Source of the DNA: an uncultured Pseudomonadota bacterium | Lineage (GTDB): Bacteria; Myxococcota_A; Polyangia; Fen-1088 | NCBI GenBank assembly: GCA_963847705.1 | Contig: CAWKBC010000027.1 | Location: 864,001-928,000 of the forward strand | Direction of reading: 5' to 3' | DNA length: 64,000 nt | Part shown: piece by piece, positions 54,529 to 64,000 of the stretch | Layout of the letters: each line of letters starts with the position of its first letter | Numbering within the stretch: the stretch's first letter is position 1 | Translations under genes and position numbers: made by a program | Notes under the pieces: generated by a model | What the model was told of the DNA's origin: nothing | What the model saw: only the letters and a program-made list of their open reading frames with translations | Database searches by the model: none

Positions 54529-57123
54529 GTGAAAATCCAGTTCGGTTGTTGGACGGTCGCCCTCACCGGTGGCCTGGCGATGGGCGCTCTCGGCTGCAAC
54601 CCCACCACCGCCGGCAGCCAGCCGGTGGTGGCCAAGGAGCGTCACGTCCGGCCGGCGAGCGTGCGCCGGCAGCCGGTCGCCAAGCCTCTCTCCCTGGGCG
54701 CGGTGGTTCATGCGCCGCCCGCGGCCGAGGTGGGCCCGATCGCCGGCGCCCTGGTCGACGCCCGCGCCCTGGTCATCACCGCCCAGGGGACGGACGCGGC
54801 GTTCGCCGCCATCACCAGCACCCTCCAGTATCTCGGCGCACCCTACGACGTGCTCAACGCGACGGCCGGTCCGGCCCTCACCGCCGACGCCCTGGCCACC
54901 GGCACGCATGGGAAGTACGACGCCGTCTTCCTCGATCTCGGCGGACTCGAGGTCTCTGGCGGCAGCGCCTTCACCACCGACGAGTGGACGGCCCTGCAGA
55001 ACTACGAGGCGGCGTTCAACGTCCGCCGCGTGGCGCTCTACACCTCGCCGAGCGCGATGTACGACCTCGCCGACAACGGACAGATCGATCCGACCCAGAC
55101 GCCCGTCACCCTGACTTGCACCGCGGCGGCCGCTCCCGTCTTCGTCGGGACCAACTGCGCCAACCCGATCGTGATGACCGACGGCTGGGCCTATCCGGCG
55201 ACGGTGACCGCGACCTCCGATACGGTCACCCCCCTGCTGGTCGACGCCGCCGGCAACGTCTACGGCGTGGTGGTCGATTACAGCGACGGGCGCGAGGCGC
55301 TGGCGCTCACCTTCGCGCAGGCGACCTACCTGACGCCCTATCTGCAGCTCGCCTACGGACTCGTCAGCTGGGCGACGCGCGGCCTGTTCGTCGGCGAGCG
55401 CCACGTCTACGCCGTGCCGCAGATCGACGACCTCTTTCTGGCCAGCGACATCTTCACCGGCGGCACCTACCGGATCACCGACGCCGACCTCCAGTCGCTG
55501 GCCGACTGGCAAAACCTGACCCGGCAGCAGCCCCAGACAGCGAACTTTCGGCTCGCCTGGGCGGTGAACGGGCAGGGGTCGCAGTCCATGCCCGGCGATC
55601 CGCTGACGGCCAAGGCGCAGGCGCTGGGGCCGACGTTCTCCTGGATCAACCACAGCTGGGATCACCCGATCCTCGACGGGCTCAGCTACGCCGACGTCCT
55701 GACGGAGTTCACGCGCAACGACAGCTACCTCCGCGGTCTCGGCCTGACGCCCTACACCACGGCGAACGCGGTGACGCCGAGCATCTCCGGGCTCGCCAGC
55801 GCCGACGCCATGCAAGCCATTCACGACGCAGGGATTCGTCAGATCGTCAGCGACACCTCCGTCGCTGGTCAGGACAACCCCTCGCCCAACGCCGGCATCT
55901 GGAACGCGCTCCAGCCGTCGGTGCTGGAGATCCCTCGCATCCCCACCAATCTCGACTATGACGCCTCTCAACCTTCCGAGTGGATCCCGGAGTACGAGGC
56001 GACGGTGAGCGGCGGAGCGACGGTCGACTACCCGACGATGATCGACCAGACGAGCACCGATCTCCTGCAGGATCTGCTCAACGGCAACAATGATCCCTGG
56101 ATGTTCCACCAGGCCAACACGCGCGACTACGATGGCGCCGGGCACAGCCTGCTGTCCGATCTCTTGACCGCCACCTTCGGAAAGTACATGGCAGCCGCGA
56201 GCTTTCCGCTCGTCAGCCCGACGATGGATGACCTGGCCACGCGCGTGACCAGCCGGATGACCTTCAACGCCTCGGGGGTGGTGGCCACCATTCAACCTCA
56301 GACCGCCGTCACCATCAGCGTCACCGCGGCCGCCACCGTCCCGGTGACCGGGCTCTGTATCCCCGGCGCCGAGAGCTACGGCGGACAGACGATCGCCTAT
56401 CTCCCCCTGGCTGCCGGCCAGTCGGTGACGCTGTCGCTCACCACCTGCAATCCAGACTACGGCGCGGGCGGCACCGGCGGAGCTGCAGGGGCGGGCGGGG
56501 CCTCGGGCGGGAGCGGCGGCGGCGGGAGCGGGGCCGCGGGCACGAGCGGCTCGACCGGCGGAAACGGCTCCGCCGGCGCCACGGGCGCTGGCGCCGCGGG
56601 CGGTGACGTGAACCCCGATGGTGGCACGACGGGCGGCAGTGGTGCCGGCGAGACGGGGGAGGGCGGCTCGTCTGGCGAAAGCGGCGGGGCTGGAGCGGGA
56701 GGTGTCGAGGGCGCCGGGACCGGACAGGCCGGCCAAGCGGGCGAAGGGAGCAAGGACGCCGCGACGGAGTCGGGAGAAGCAGGCGGCGACGGCAGGGGCG
56801 GTGAAAGCGGCGGCGTCGCTGGCGCGCCGGGAGGCACGGGCGGCGTCGCTGGCGCACCGGGAAGCACGGGCGGCATCGCTGGCGCACCGGGAAGCACAGG
56901 CGGCGTCGCTGGCGCACCGGGAAGCACGGGCGGCATCGCCGGCGCGCTGGGAGGCTCTGGCGGCGCGGCGGGCGCATCAGGAGGGATCGACGCCGGCGCC
57001 CCGAGCACGCCCGGGAGCGGGGCGGGTTGCGACTGCCGGGTGAGCGACGGGACACCGCGCGGTGGCGCGCTGCTGCTCGGTCTCCTCGCTCTGGTTGGCG
57101 CGCGCAGGACGCGCCGGCGCTAG
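54529..57123 (+). CDS. Agd3/CE18-like polysaccharide deacetylase with N-terminal lipobox, Gly-rich stalk and MYXO-CTERM-like tail
   Basis: QIDDLFL, NHSWDH, MFHQAN.R motifs; ALG-C lipobox; C-terminal GCDCRV...hydrophobic helix-RRTRRR; AGGAG 9 nt upstream of GTG 54529. Confidence 0.78.
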   Translation: MKIQFGCWTVALTGGLAMGALGCNPTTAGSQPVVAKERHVRPASVRRQPVAKPLSLGAVVHAPPAAEVGPIAGALVDARALVITAQGTDAAFAAITSTLQYLGAPYDVLNATAGPALTADALATGTHGKYDAVFLDLGGLEVSGGSAFTTDEWTALQNYEAAFNVRRVALYTSPSAMYDLADNGQIDPTQTPVTLTCTAAAAPVFVGTNCANPIVMTDGWAYPATVTATSDTVTPLLVDAAGNVYGVVVDYSDGREALALTFAQATYLTPYLQLAYGLVSWATRGLFVGERHVYAVPQIDDLFLASDIFTGGTYRITDADLQSLADWQNLTRQQPQTANFRLAWAVNGQGSQSMPGDPLTAKAQALGPTFSWINHSWDHPILDGLSYADVLTEFTRNDSYLRGLGLTPYTTANAVTPSISGLASADAMQAIHDAGIRQIVSDTSVAGQDNPSPNAGIWNALQPSVLEIPRIPTNLDYDASQPSEWIPEYEATVSGGATVDYPTMIDQTSTDLLQDLLNGNNDPWMFHQANTRDYDGAGHSLLSDLLTATFGKYMAAASFPLVSPTMDDLATRVTSRMTFNASGVVATIQPQTAVTISVTAAATVPVTGLCIPGAESYGGQTIAYLPLAAGQSVTLSLTTCNPDYGAGGTGGAAGAGGASGGSGGGGSGAAGTSGSTGGNGSAGATGAGAAGGDVNPDGGTTGGSGAGETGEGGSSGESGGAGAGGVEGAGTGQAGQAGEGSKDAATESGEAGGDGRGGESGGVAGAPGGTGGVAGAPGSTGGIAGAPGSTGGVAGAPGSTGGIAGALGGSGGAAGASGGIDAGAPSTPGSGAGCDCRVSDGTPRGGALLLGLLALVGARRTRRR
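56809..56958 (+). repeat. Five 30-bp coding tandem repeats (GGVAGAPGST)
   Basis: ggcggcrtcgctggcgcaccgggaagcacg consensus; the fifth copy is degenerate. Confidence 0.9.
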
Positions 57124-57138
57124 CCGCCGCGCTCTTCC

Positions 57139-57176
57139 ATTCGCCGGTCTCTATTCGCCGGTCTCTATTCGCCGGT
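57139..57176. repeat. 14-bp tandem repeat (ATTCGCCGGTCTCT x2.7) at a convergent gene junction
   Basis: Units start at 57139, 57153 and 57167. Confidence 0.85.
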
Positions 57177-57928
57177 TTTGGGCGGAGGCGTCTGGCTGCC
57201 CGACAGAATCCGCCAGCGGACGGAAGGCGCCGCTCATCCGCCGGGCGGGCGGATCGAGCAGGCGCGGCAGCTCGGCCAGCGCCTGCGCCAAGCTCACCGA
57301 CTCCAGCGGCTCAGGGCGCAACAGCGCCTCCAGCTCGTCGGCCTCGCCCGAGGCGCGCCCGTTCCCGATCCAGCTCCGTTCGACCGCCCGCTTGAGGCGC
57401 ACCTCGTCGATTCCCATCTCGGACGCCGAGATCGACGCTGGTGTCGACGCGCGCGGCGGGCGCGCTCGTTCCGTTGGCCCCGCTGCGTGCCGGGCCCGAG
57501 CCCCCCGCGGCCATGGGCGCCCGGATCGCGCCCGAGTAGCTCGCCGAGCCGGTCGTGGAGCCGGAGTTGCCGGCCTTGCGCGCCAGCATCTGGTTGACGA
57601 CCTCGCGCGAGGGGGCATCGAGCCTCAGAAACTGCACGCCCATCCCGTGCGGCTTGTTGGGGGCCGCGGGATCGAACTCCCGCACCCAGGTCACCTTCCC
57701 GTCGCCGGCCAGCGCCACCTCGCCCCCGGCCAGCTGCACCTCGAACTGGAACACCTCGCCGATCGGCCGCGGCGTTCGGCTGGCCAGGAAAAGCCCTCCG
57801 CGCGTCACGTTGGGGGCGAACTTCTCGATGAAGGTCTCGAACGCCGCGTAGCGCAGCCTCACGCGAACGGGCGCAGCCGGCGGCGTCGCGGACGATGGAG
57901 GCTGCAGGCCGGACGGTTCGGAGCTCAC
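57151..57928 (-). CDS. TIGR02266-type PilZ-like domain protein (apparent +1 indel at ~57426)
   Basis: FIEKFAPNVTRGGLFLAS..P..IG..GKVTWVR...GMGVQF. Removing one base gives VDLASEMGIDE... and joins the 57151..57618 frame. Confidence 0.78.
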
Positions 57929-58052
57929 GGAGGAGCTTCAGTATCCGCCGTTCGCTCCCATCCCGTCAATCACGCAACGGCTGTAAAAACGCTGTTTGGC
58001 GGCGTCTGGTCGCTCGCGCGCGTTCGCGCGGGCCTGCTCCTGTTTGCTCGTG

Positions 58053-58829
58053 TCACGAGCGGGCCGACAGCTGGAACAGCTTGCGGGTGTTCTCGCTGGT
58101 GGCGGCGTCGAGCTCGTCCGCCGGAAGGCCGCGCAGCCCTGCCACCACCTTCAGCGTCTCGACGATGTAGGCCGGTTCGTTGCGCGCGCCCCGGTGTGGG
58201 ATAGGCGCCAGGTAGGGGGCGTCGGTCTCGATCAGGATGCGGTCGAGCGGGGCAAAGGCCGCCGCCTCGCGGATGTTCGCGGCGTTCTTGAAGGTCACGA
58301 TCCCCGAAAACGAGAGGTGCTGGCCGAGGTCCAGGTAGACGCGCGCCTCAGCCACGCCCCCCGTGAAGCAGTGGATGACCCCGCCCGTCCCCGCGGCCTC
58401 CTCGCCGAGGATGGTCGCCGCGTCCGCGTGCGCGTCCCGGACATGCGACACGATCGGCAGCCCCGCGCCCTTCGCCAGGGCGATGGAGCGCCGGTAGGCG
58501 GTCTGCTGCAGGTCCCGGGGGGCGTGGTCATAGTGGTAGTCGAGCCCGGTCTCGCCGATCCCGACCACGCGGGGGGCGCGCGCCAGCCGCGCGAACGTCG
58601 CCCAGTGCTCCTCGGTCACCTCGGCGGTGTCATGGGGGTGAACGCCCACGGTGGCAAAGACGTCGGGCTCCGCGGCGGCGATGGCGGCGGCCTCCTCGGC
58701 GGCCGCAGTCCCGCGCCCGACCCCGACGCAAACGAATGCCGTCACGCCCGCTTGCCGGGCGCGCGCCAGCACCCCGGCCCGTTGTTCACCGTAGTACGCA
58801 CCATCTAGATGACAATGTGAGTCAATCAT
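58053..58829 (-). CDS. tatD: TatD family metal-dependent hydrolase/DNase
   Basis: IDSHCHL, GVHPH, IGETGLDY, H.RDA, GVIHCF, ETDAPYLAP.P.RG..NEP. Confidence 0.97.
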   Translation of the reverse strand: MIDSHCHLDGAYYGEQRAGVLARARQAGVTAFVCVGVGRGTAAAEEAAAIAAAEPDVFATVGVHPHDTAEVTEEHWATFARLARAPRVVGIGETGLDYHYDHAPRDLQQTAYRRSIALAKGAGLPIVSHVRDAHADAATILGEEAAGTGGVIHCFTGGVAEARVYLDLGQHLSFSGIVTFKNAANIREAAAFAPLDRILIETDAPYLAPIPHRGARNEPAYIVETLKVVAGLRGLPADELDAATSENTRKLFQLSARS

Positions 58830-58900
58830 GAGCTAAATGTTTGTAGCAGAGCCTCCGATTCTACCGGAAGCGGCGGGTTTCGACCGCGCCGAGGACGAAC

Positions 58901-60298
58901 GTGCTTCCCAAACCAGAAGACCAGGACAAGACCAGGGCGCTCGGCCCCAATCAGACGCCGATGGGTGTCGCGGCCGCCGTGGACGCCGACGCGCTGTCGC
59001 CGGGCACGATCGCCGGGGCCTACGTCCTCAAGCGGGAGATCGCCTCGGGCGGCGGTGGGACCGTCTACGAAGCGCAGCACAAGGTGCTTGGGCGCAAGGC
59101 GGCCGTGAAGGTGCTCCGGCGCCAGCTGGCCGCTTCTCCCCAGATGGTGACCCGGTTCGTGCGCGAGGCGCAGGCCGTCAACATGATCAAGCACCCGGCC
59201 ATCGTCGACATCTACGAGTTCGACACGCTCCCCGACGGGCGGCCGTTCTACGTGATGGAGCTGCTCGAGGGCACCGACGTGCGTTCGATGCTCAACGACC
59301 GCGGCCGCTTCTCGCCCGCGGAGGTGCTGGAGATCCTCGATCCGGTCTGCACCGCGCTGCAGGTGGCGCACGAGCACGGCATCGTCCACAGAGACCTCAA
59401 GGCCAGCAACATCTTCATGGCCACCTCCGGCGAGAGGCGCACCATCAAGCTGCTCGACTTCGGGATCGCCAAGCTGATGCATCCCGACGCCTCGGAGGCC
59501 GGCCTGACCGTCGTCGGCACCCGGCTGGGGACCTCGTACACCATGGCGCCCGAACAGATCCGCGGCGACGGCGTCGACCCGCGTACCGACATCTATGCGC
59601 TGGGCGTGGTGCTCTACCACCTCCTGACCGGGCAGTATCCCTTCCGCGCCGAGACGATGACCGACATCGAGCGGCAGCACCTGGAGGCGCCGCCGCCGCG
59701 CCCCAGCCAGGCCGCGCCCGTCTCCCCGGCGTTCGACGCCGTCGTCCTGCGCTGCATGGAGAAGACGCCGGAGCGCCGGTACCAGAGCGCCAAGGCCTTC
59801 CTGGCGGCGCTGCGCGAGGCCGTCGGCACGAAGTCGGCCGAGGCCGAGATCACCGCGCGCGCGGCCGCGATCTACCTGGAGATCCGCATCGCCGAGGGCG
59901 CCGACGCCGAGAGCGACGAGGTCCTCGACGACACCTCGGCGATCCTCGACGCGGCCGAGCAGAGCTTTCGCGGCGCCGGCCTGGGCCTCCCGCTGCAGAC
60001 CGGCGGCGCCATCATCGGCGCCCGCCTGCTGTCGGACGATGCGCCGACCGCCGCCGCCGAGCGCGCCGAGGTGGTGGCGATCGCCACCGGCCTTTGCGAG
60101 GCGCTCGCCGCGCGCGACTCCGCGGTGGCCGACGTGCACGTCAACGTCACGGTCCACGTCGGCGGGGCCTCGGTCAAGGATTCGGCGGAGGCCCCCGGCG
60201 GCAAGGAGATCGTCGGTGGCGAGGTGATGTCGACCGCCGACTGGGCGCCGCACGACAACGTCCCGGGCGTCCACCTCACCGACGCCGCCCGCGCCTGA
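58901..60298 (+). CDS. Hanks-type Ser/Thr protein kinase with a C-terminal degenerate nucleotidyl-cyclase-like domain
   Basis: SGGGGTVY, AVK, HRDLKASN, DFG, MAPEQ, DIYALG; no TM helix. Confidence 0.92.
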   Translation: MLPKPEDQDKTRALGPNQTPMGVAAAVDADALSPGTIAGAYVLKREIASGGGGTVYEAQHKVLGRKAAVKVLRRQLAASPQMVTRFVREAQAVNMIKHPAIVDIYEFDTLPDGRPFYVMELLEGTDVRSMLNDRGRFSPAEVLEILDPVCTALQVAHEHGIVHRDLKASNIFMATSGERRTIKLLDFGIAKLMHPDASEAGLTVVGTRLGTSYTMAPEQIRGDGVDPRTDIYALGVVLYHLLTGQYPFRAETMTDIERQHLEAPPPRPSQAAPVSPAFDAVVLRCMEKTPERRYQSAKAFLAALREAVGTKSAEAEITARAAAIYLEIRIAEGADAESDEVLDDTSAILDAAEQSFRGAGLGLPLQTGGAIIGARLLSDDAPTAAAERAEVVAIATGLCEALAARDSAVADVHVNVTVHVGGASVKDSAEAPGGKEIVGGEVMSTADWAPHDNVPGVHLTDAARA

Positions 60299-60309
60299 GA
60301 GCTGGACTT

Positions 60310-60548
60310 AGATCGCCTGGACGGAGTCGGGCTTGGCCCGACGGAGTCCAACGCGGGGGGGCACGGGGACCCTCCCAGGGTCCCCGACCAGATCGCCTGG
60401 ACGGAGTCGGGCTTGGCCCGACGGAGTCCAACGCGGGGGGGCACGGGGACCCTCCCAGGGTCCCCGACCAGATCGCCTGGACGGAGTCGGGCTTGGCCCG
60501 ACGGAGTCCGTCGCGGCGGGGCACGGGGACCCTCCCAGGGTCCCCGAC
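60310..60548 (+). repeat. Two-hairpin REP-like element, 3 x 80-bp tandem array (locus I)
   Basis: Units start at 60310, 60390 and 60470: ATCGCCT-GGAC GGA GTCGGGC ttg GCCCGAC GGA GTCC-aaCGCGGGGGGGCA-CGGGGACCCT ccc AGGGTCCCCG. Confidence 0.95.
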
Positions 60549-62326
60549 TATTTGAGCAAGCCGGTGGCGATGGCGATGGCGATGACCACGCCCATCACCG
60601 ACTCGCCCGTGATCCCGCCGGCGGCCAGCGAGGTCAGCGACTCCTGATCGACGCTGGGGCGCACGCGCATCACCAGCGCGGCCGCCATCGCGCCGGTCAG
60701 GGCCGCCAGTGACAGCGACGCCGGCATGAGCATCGCGATCCCCATCGCCGCCGGTGAGGGCAGGAATCGCCCCCAGGTGCGGCGGCCGAACACCGAGAGC
60801 AACACGCCGACGCCGAGACCGATGGCGCCTGCGACCGTCGCGTAAGGCGGGAGCGTCGAGAAGCCCCCCCGCACGGCCTCGGCGGTCGCCTTCCAGGAGA
60901 TCGCCGAGGGCGCAGGCAGACTCTCGGTCCCGATGCCGTACGCCTTGACGATCACCAGATAGACCGGAACGACGACGAGGCCGCCGATGAGGGCGCCCAG
61001 CAGCTGCGCCGCCAGCTGCGCGCGCGGCGACCCCCGCAGCCGCTCTCCGGCCTTGAAGGCCCAGAGCGTCTGCGCCGCCTGCGACGCGGTCCCCATCGAG
61101 ACCGAGCCGGCCAAGATCGAGACGATGGGCCCGTAGCCGGAGAACAGGAGCTGGGTCAGCGTCCCGACCTGACCCACCGGCGCCAGATCGGTCTCGCCGG
61201 TGGCGCGCGACGACACGACCGCCAGGATGAGCGCCGCCACGACGGCCACCAGCGCGGCCAGCGGGTGCAGGCCGAAGACCAGGCGCCCCACGGTGGCAAT
61301 CGCCACGAAGCCCAGAACCACCGCCGGAAACGCTGCCCCCGTTCTCCCCGCTCCCTCGCTCGGCGGCGCGGGGACCTCGCCTCCGGCGCTCCTCCGGACG
61401 AAGCCCCCCAGGTCCCTCAGGGAGCGCACGACCGAGCGCCAGTCGAGAATCAGCGGCAGGAAGCTGCCGGCCAGCAGGAGGCCGAGACCCGGCCAGACCA
61501 GCCAGGAGGCGCAGGCCGAAAACGACGCCTCCTTGACGATCTGCGTGCGGATCAGCCAGGGGGCGAGGCCGAGCCAGGCGATCGCCGAGCCGAGCGCCAT
61601 GCTGGCCGCCGCCCGGATCCCCATCATGACCCCGGTGGAGAGCATGAGCGGGCTCCAGCTCATCCCCACCGTGAGCGCCCCGATCGACACGCCCCCGATC
61701 ACGCCGCCGAAGGCGGTGCTGTCGGGGATGAGGTGCGGCCGTCCGTCGCGGAGCCAGGTCACCGCCGCCGCCAGCACCGCCCCTCCGATCAGGAAGCGTG
61801 CCCGGCGGACCGCGCTGGCGCGCGCCGCGAAGATGGTCTCGATCAGATCGCCGGTGGCGTTCCCGGTCGGAAACGGCAGCGCCTCGTCGACCACCAGCTT
61901 GCGGCGCAGCAGCGCGGCGGCGACGATTCCCACCAGCGCGACCGCCAGACCCCAGGCGCAGAGCGCCCAGCCGGGAAACGCGCGCCCCAGGAGCGCCATG
62001 GCCGGGACCGGTCCGCCGACGCCCGCCACGTAACCCATGATGGCCGCCGAGGCCGCCGTGGTCTGGGTGATGTTGTTCTCGAGCGCGCTGTAGGGGCGGC
62101 GCCCGAGCCGGGTGAAGGTGGCGAAGAACATGAACCCCAGGAGCGCCGCGGTGATGCTGCCACCGTCGATCATCGAGATCTTGAGGCCGGTGTAGACGTT
62201 CCCTGCCGCCAGCACCGCGCCGATCGCGCCCCCCACCAGGAGCGCGCGGGCGGTCAGCTCGGGGCGCGGCGAGATCTCCACCGGCCGAGGTTCTACCGTG
62301 ACCGCCACCCGCGCCGCGAGATTCAC
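60548..62326 (-). CDS. OPT/YSL family oligopeptide or metal-chelate transporter
   Basis: ELTARAL..G..IG.....NVY.GLK, ENNITQT.AS, LPFPTG.AT, LAAG.I.GES; many TM helices. Confidence 0.93.
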   Translation of the reverse strand: MNLAARVAVTVEPRPVEISPRPELTARALLVGGAIGAVLAAGNVYTGLKISMIDGGSITAALLGFMFFATFTRLGRRPYSALENNITQTTAASAAIMGYVAGVGGPVPAMALLGRAFPGWALCAWGLAVALVGIVAAALLRRKLVVDEALPFPTGNATGDLIETIFAARASAVRRARFLIGGAVLAAAVTWLRDGRPHLIPDSTAFGGVIGGVSIGALTVGMSWSPLMLSTGVMMGIRAAASMALGSAIAWLGLAPWLIRTQIVKEASFSACASWLVWPGLGLLLAGSFLPLILDWRSVVRSLRDLGGFVRRSAGGEVPAPPSEGAGRTGAAFPAVVLGFVAIATVGRLVFGLHPLAALVAVVAALILAVVSSRATGETDLAPVGQVGTLTQLLFSGYGPIVSILAGSVSMGTASQAAQTLWAFKAGERLRGSPRAQLAAQLLGALIGGLVVVPVYLVIVKAYGIGTESLPAPSAISWKATAEAVRGGFSTLPPYATVAGAIGLGVGVLLSVFGRRTWGRFLPSPAAMGIAMLMPASLSLAALTGAMAAALVMRVRPSVDQESLTSLAAGGITGESVMGVVIAIAIATGLLK

Positions 62327-62344
62327 GCCGAGATCACGCGCGTC

Positions 62345-63466
<1,122 letters not shown>

Positions 63467-63551
63467 GGTTCAGACATCGACCGGTAAAACAGTCTCCTTG
63501 ACCGAATGCGGGCAATTCGTCGCCGACGGTGCCGCGCCGCGTTCGGCACGC

Positions 63552-64000
63552 TCAGTGCGCGAGGGCGATCTTCGCGGCGCCCAGCAGGCCCGGTTGCGCG
63601 TTCGTGACGATGAAGACCGGCAGCCGTTCGACCAGCGTGTGCAGGCGCCCCTTGCGGTCGAACGCCTCCCGAAACGCGCCGCGCTGCAGGTAGCTCAGGA
63701 TACGCGGGGCGATCCCGCCGGCGACGAAGACACCGCCTGTCGCCAGCACCATGAGCCCGAGGTTCCCGGCCGTGGCGCCCAGGACAGAACAGAAAATTGA
63801 CAGCGCCATCTCGCAGATCGGATCGGTCCCGGCCAGGGCCCGCTGCGAGATCGCCGCCGCCGGATCGCCCCCGTGCGTGGCCAGGGCGGCGGTGGTCTCG
63901 GGCCGGATGAGCCCGCGGCAAGCAGGCTCCTCCGAAAGGAACGTGAAGACGTCGACCAGCCCGTGGCCGGAGAGCACCCGCTCGCAGGAGACCCGCCCGT
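63552..64000 (-). CDS. glk: Glucokinase (C-terminal part; start outside the window)
   Basis: ERVLSG.GL, G..AGNL.L...A.GGVFVAGGIAPRI, F..KGR, GLLGAA. Confidence 0.92.
   Translation of the reverse strand, partial: GRVSCERVLSGHGLVDVFTFLSEEPACRGLIRPETTAALATHGGDPAAAISQRALAGTDPICEMALSIFCSVLGATAGNLGLMVLATGGVFVAGGIAPRILSYLQRGAFREAFDRKGRLHTLVERLPVFIVTNAQPGLLGAAKIALAH

Overview
High-GC window, most likely from a myxobacterium (Myxococcota). This is inferred from a MYXO-CTERM-like tail, TIGR02266/PilZ-type proteins, DUF507, a giant TPR protein, a Ser/Thr kinase and a sigma54 activator. It is mostly core genome: a heterodimeric ABC exporter, era-der, YfgM/BamB-like genes, queA-tgt, tRNA-Met, efp-epmA, yajC-secD-secF-recJ, rimP-nusA-ylxR-infB-DUF503-rbfA-truB-rpsO-pnp-dut, argC-argJ::argB-argR, purB-purC, tatD, an OPT transporter and glk. 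No transposase, integrase, phage gene or CRISPR array was seen. The strongest unexplained signal is a dispersed 70-80 nt two-hairpin repeat family (13 units at 9 loci). It has a conserved 5' tag, covarying stems and GNA/GNA internal loops. Seven of the nine loci sit 0-15 nt after a stop codon in one fixed orientation, two bracket the tRNA, and one 3x81-bp array reads in frame at the N-terminus of a BamB-like lipoprotein. Other notable items are an ArgJ-ArgB fusion, an Agd3/CE18-like surface deacetylase, an ElbB homologue lacking its catalytic Cys, a kinase with a degenerate cyclase-like domain, and a probable non-canonical start for truB. Six single-base insertions (TPR gene x3, tgt, infB, TIGR02266 gene) look like sequencing or assembly errors. 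All family assignments come from motif recognition by eye, not database searches.
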